Positions 61,901 through 64,000 of a stretch of 64,000 nucleotides of DNA are shown here, one piece after another (position 1 is the first letter of the stretch; each line of letters starts with the position of its first letter). Made by a program: the position numbers and the translations under genes. The notes beneath the pieces were generated by a model. It searched no databases, was not told the DNA's origin, and worked only from the letters and a program-made list of their open reading frames with translations. Source of the DNA: Zancudomyces culisetae HAW-14-8. Its lineage: Eukaryota; Fungi; Kickxellomycota. The stretch lies in contig JBNJNM010000011.1 in NCBI GenBank assembly GCA_052426225.1, positions 4,960,001 through 5,024,000 of the forward strand, given 5' to 3'.

Positions 61901-64000
61901 TCCCAACACATCCCATCCTTTCTTTTTGTTTCTTACCCAGCTCTTAAACTATGCTTTTAATACCTGTGTGAGATCTGAAAAAGCTGGGTAAATTGAATAA
62001 AAGTTTGTACCCAGCAGCAAACCCAATTTTTTTTAGAGCCTCTCCACCAAATAATTTTACATTTAGGTGCTCATGATACCGATGTTGTTTCTTCTTTTTT
62101 TTATTTTATTTGTTAGGGTGTTCTTAGCGAGTGATGGTTTAGCAAACAGCTATTCTGTATTTACCTGCTTTGGATAGGCTGTACATGGTTTGTTTACATT
62201 TATTTAGTCTTGTTGACTAATTTTTCATTCAGCAATAAGGTGATAATTTCTTTTACTAAAGAGGAATTCCAAGTGATGTGAAGGCAAAAACCTCTTTTCG
62301 TATTATCATAGCTAATCCTAGCTCAATTAGAACAAATGAACTCGGAAAGTTTCCACAAACACATTTGCTCCCACTATTCTAGCTACTCCAAAACAATATA
62401 ACAAACAAAGCTGTGGAAATGATGTGATGTTTTAAACTATTGGTGTTTTGTAATAGATCTCTATGAATTCAGCTAAGAGGCGTGTACAGAAAAAAGACAG
62501 TTGTAACTAATATGGTCATTGAAAGTAATAGCGCACACTCACTGGTGTCTATTTCCGGGAATATGATAATAAATACAGATAACAGGGCCAACTGTGGCAA
62601 CTGAAAAATCACGATGATGTAAAAATTGGTGGAGAGGGGCAAGCTGGGGAAATAATATTACAGCTTTGGGAACGCTTTTCTTTTTGATCTGTTTGTTTTT
62701 GTTTTATTTTTACTTTTATTTTTATTGTAAAGCTTCGAAAAAAGTAAATCATAATGTAGCAGGATTAAATCCCGTACTATCAAGTACAATAGGTGCAATG
62801 AAATCCAAATGTAGCAGGTGATCAATAAAGTATGTAATGGTAAAAAAAAGATGGGTGCGAGTCAGCCCTATTGAATATCATGTATTTTTGGCTCAGTCCA
62901 GCTTTCCATTTTAGTTTTCCACTCCCTACCATTCCGATATAGCTTTCTTTCAGCCCTAATCTTTGTATTGAAAAAGCGTTATTTTTCCAACTTATTGGAG
63001 AAAAAAAAAGAGATTTCCCATATGCAATTACAAATATCAATGGTTTCACCACATGTGCTTGATTTATAGGCCTTGTTTTATGTATTCGCTTTATTTTTGC
63101 TACACATCTAAGTTTTTCCCCTTGTGTATCACGCCCAAATACTCTTTTAATTGCGTCCCTTTTTGTTGTTGCTAGGATGGGGTGAAAAGGGGGAGGGAAA
63201 AAGCGTGAAAAAATATTAAGTAAAAGATATAAAATTTGCTTGAGTTTCAACCATTCCAATTTTGTTTATGTTTGTAAAGCACAACAAAGCGTGAGTGTGC
63301 TACAGGGTTGTGTGAAAGATAAAAAGTAAAGGCGTTTATGCAATATCATACATTTAGCCAGTCCCACTTAGTAGCCAATTAGCTCATGGATTTTTGCCAT
63401 GCTGGAATTATAACCAAGTTGGTTATTAGCACGGTTTTTATAATTTCTCAGCAGCCACAGCCAATAGAGTAACCGGGTATGTAGTAGGATTATTTATTTC
63501 AAAACGGGAAGTGGTTTAGCCAAAAAAAAACAAACTGAATGGCACCTTTTTTCTGTTTTTTTTTTCCTTTTCAAACTGATTATATTTGGCTATTAGGTGG
63601 AAAAATACAAAAAAAAAAGTGCAGGGTTTGGAGCTTTATCAATAACATTAGCAAGCTAACTCGACAACTGATAAAATGTTAGATGTAACTTTCAAAAGAC
63701 ACCTTTTGAGTTAGGATGTACTCCACAACCTATAAATGTACATATGATTCTAAATATATTACTGATGCCTAAACATGAAACAGCGAGCCCCATGCATCGC
63801 TTTTTTATGTAGAAAGGCGTATGAGCCTACCATCAAAAGAAAAGGATTATTTTTATGTGGCAACACCGTAAAACTCATACATTTTGTTATAGATGGATTT
63901 GGTAATGGCATAAATTAGCAAAGATTAGCAATTTTGACGTCAATTAAAATTCAAGCGCAAGTGAAGCACAGGTGCGGGAACAAGGTGCAGAGTAGTGAAC

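Noticed and set aside
62822-63259. 145-aa ORF, and the other short intergenic ORFs in the track
   Set aside because: Non-ATG start for this ORF; F/K/I-rich composition typical of AT-rich noise; no motifs.
1-64000. CRISPR arrays, rRNA, intact transposons, prokaryotic operons
   Set aside because: Eukaryotic spliced genes throughout; no spaced repeats, RT/integrase/transposase motifs or rRNA signatures seen.

Overview
AT-rich, intron-containing fungal nuclear DNA. The gene complement, introns of roughly 100 nt and N/S low-complexity insertions suggest an early-diverging fungus, possibly Zoopagomycota/Harpellales; that assignment is inference only. I can support 17 protein-coding loci and one tRNA-Leu(CAA): NUS1, a PA-TM-RING E3 ligase, AIR1/2, SKN7/Prr1, REI1, CreC/WDR20, cystinosin, RER2, aspartate aminotransferase, a 1604-aa PPR-like orphan, mitochondrial ClpX, SRP68, transaldolase, 6-phosphogluconate dehydrogenase, ARL2, a secreted subtilisin and TRM140/METTL2. 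Exons were spliced by hand from the sequence. No transposon, rRNA or CRISPR array was seen. Most notable observations: (1) ClpX exon 1 needs a -1 frame change inside a 70-nt window containing a correctly phased A_AAA_AAC slippery heptamer. (2) Cystinosin has a GC-AG intron followed by an in-frame TAA at a conserved Tyr. (3) The aspartate aminotransferase start codon exists only after splicing (A|TG). (4) Two same-pathway gene pairs are linked: TAL1-GND1 tail-to-tail, and NUS1 with RER2 about 25 kb apart. Assembly error remains a live explanation for (1) and (2).
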